Origin: Candidatus Saccharimonadota bacterium | Lineage (GTDB): Bacteria; Patescibacteriota; Gracilibacteria; BD1-5; UBA6164 | Reading direction: 5' to 3' | NCBI GenBank assembly: GCA_965227835.1 | Contig: OZ245768.1 | Span: forward strand, 1,170,001-1,202,000 | DNA length: 32,000 nt | In this document: positions 31,203-32,000 of the stretch, piece by piece | Layout of the letters: each line of letters opens with the position of its first letter | Position numbering within the stretch: position 1 is the stretch's first letter | Translations under genes and position numbers: made by a program | The notes under the pieces: generated by a model | The model's input: the letters and a program-made list of their open reading frames with translations, nothing else | Told to the model about the DNA's origin: nothing | The model's database searches: none

Positions 31203-32000
31203 TTATAAAGATAAATCAGCCCTACCATATTCAAATTTTATCTTAAAATCTGTTTTATATGTATAGTTTCATTCTCAAAAATAAGGTTTACTTTCAAAAG
31301 TTTTTTGTCTATCAAGAAGCTTAATATCGGGTATTTTGGATAAGTAATTTATGAAACTACTTGCTAAAGAAATGGATGTTCATTGTATAGTGTTTATTTT
31401 GTCTCAATCTATTCAAGGTATATTGTCATACCAAAGAGTTGAAAAAGCACCACATTTTGCTTCAAACACATTTCAAGTTATGGTAATACCATCACATTGT
31501 ATTTTTTTCTTATCAACAGAAGTAAACTCATTTATTATTTTGTCAAATTCATTGAGTATATAATATGGATCATTTTTATTTCTATATTTATCTATTATAA
31601 ATATAGATTCTTTAGAATTTTTTACATTATCTATTTCATAGGTTTTTTGTAGTATTGATATAATGCTTGTTAAATAGTCTTTTTGTAAACCTTTAATTTG
31701 ATCATCTACCTTTTTTGTAGAAACAGACAAAGCAGAACAAGTCTCTGAATAAGGAATATTTCAATTTAAAATCGAGCATACAGGGGCTAGATATTTTTGA
31801 TCTTTTAGAAACTCAGCATTTGTATTTTGCAAAAATATGTATCAAAGTCATAAACTTATCACTATAAACATGGTATAATTGAAAAACCTTAAAACATTTC
31901 AAAATTTATCTAAGTAATAAAAAATATCTTTTTTTATAGAACTTTCTAAATTATCAAAGTCTTTTTTGGTTTCCTCATCTATTTCAAATTCATCAAAAAT
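31203..32000 (-). CDS. hypothetical membrane protein, C-terminal part (gene continues beyond window end)
   Basis: The frame is open from 32000 to TAA at 31203-31205 and includes track ORF 31473-31730. One TM segment FFNYTMFIVISLGLGYIFL. It stops 9 nt before the next gene start. Confidence 0.55.

Noticed and set aside
1-32000. Genetic code 4 (TGA = Trp, as in mycoplasmas) as the explanation for the fragmented ORFs.
   Set aside because: TGA aligns with invariant Gly in P-loops (GxxxxGKS/T), MurB GGGTN and HU NPxTG. Conserved Trp positions use TGG. Trp at these sites would destroy the motifs.

Overview
Very AT-rich bacterial chromosomal segment that is only interpretable if TGA is read as glycine (translation table 25, known from Candidatus Gracilibacteria and Absconditabacteria/SR1, CPR). 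The supplied standard-code ORF track is therefore fragmented, and I re-derived gene models by hand. In-frame TGA falls on invariant Gly positions: the P-loops of Era, Obg, UvrA and PilB, GGGTN of MurB, and ARxGxNPxTG of HU. With table 25 the window is densely coded, mostly on the minus strand. Housekeeping genes are comF, a pseudouridine synthase, murB, uvrA, era, ssb, hup and obg, plus tRNA-Leu(CAA) and tRNA-Arg(CCU). Envelope and pilus genes are a type IV pilin, pilB, pilC, two unassigned membrane proteins, a 1381-aa SLH-domain S-layer-like protein and a CsaB-type pyruvyl transferase. Also present are a RelE-type toxin-antitoxin pair, a secreted tandem I78 inhibitor-domain protein, a SAM methyltransferase, a Nudix-like protein and an orphan GHKL ATPase. 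There are two insertion sequences, both written in table 25: a tnpA-only IS200/IS605 element and an IS110-family element. The most unusual content is a family of GC-rich composite intergenic repeats (five copies). Each has a GGCTAAAGCC-type hairpin, CTGTTCTA direct repeats, a 9-bp CCCCTCTCC/GGAGAGGGG hairpin and then 4-6 degenerate 26-28-nt G-rich tandem units. The IS110 element sits precisely inside one of these hairpins. Its long non-coding left end folds into an internal-loop structure whose two strands match the flanks of its own insertion site around a CT core, as expected for a bridge RNA. All coordinates and translations were derived by eye. No database search was possible.
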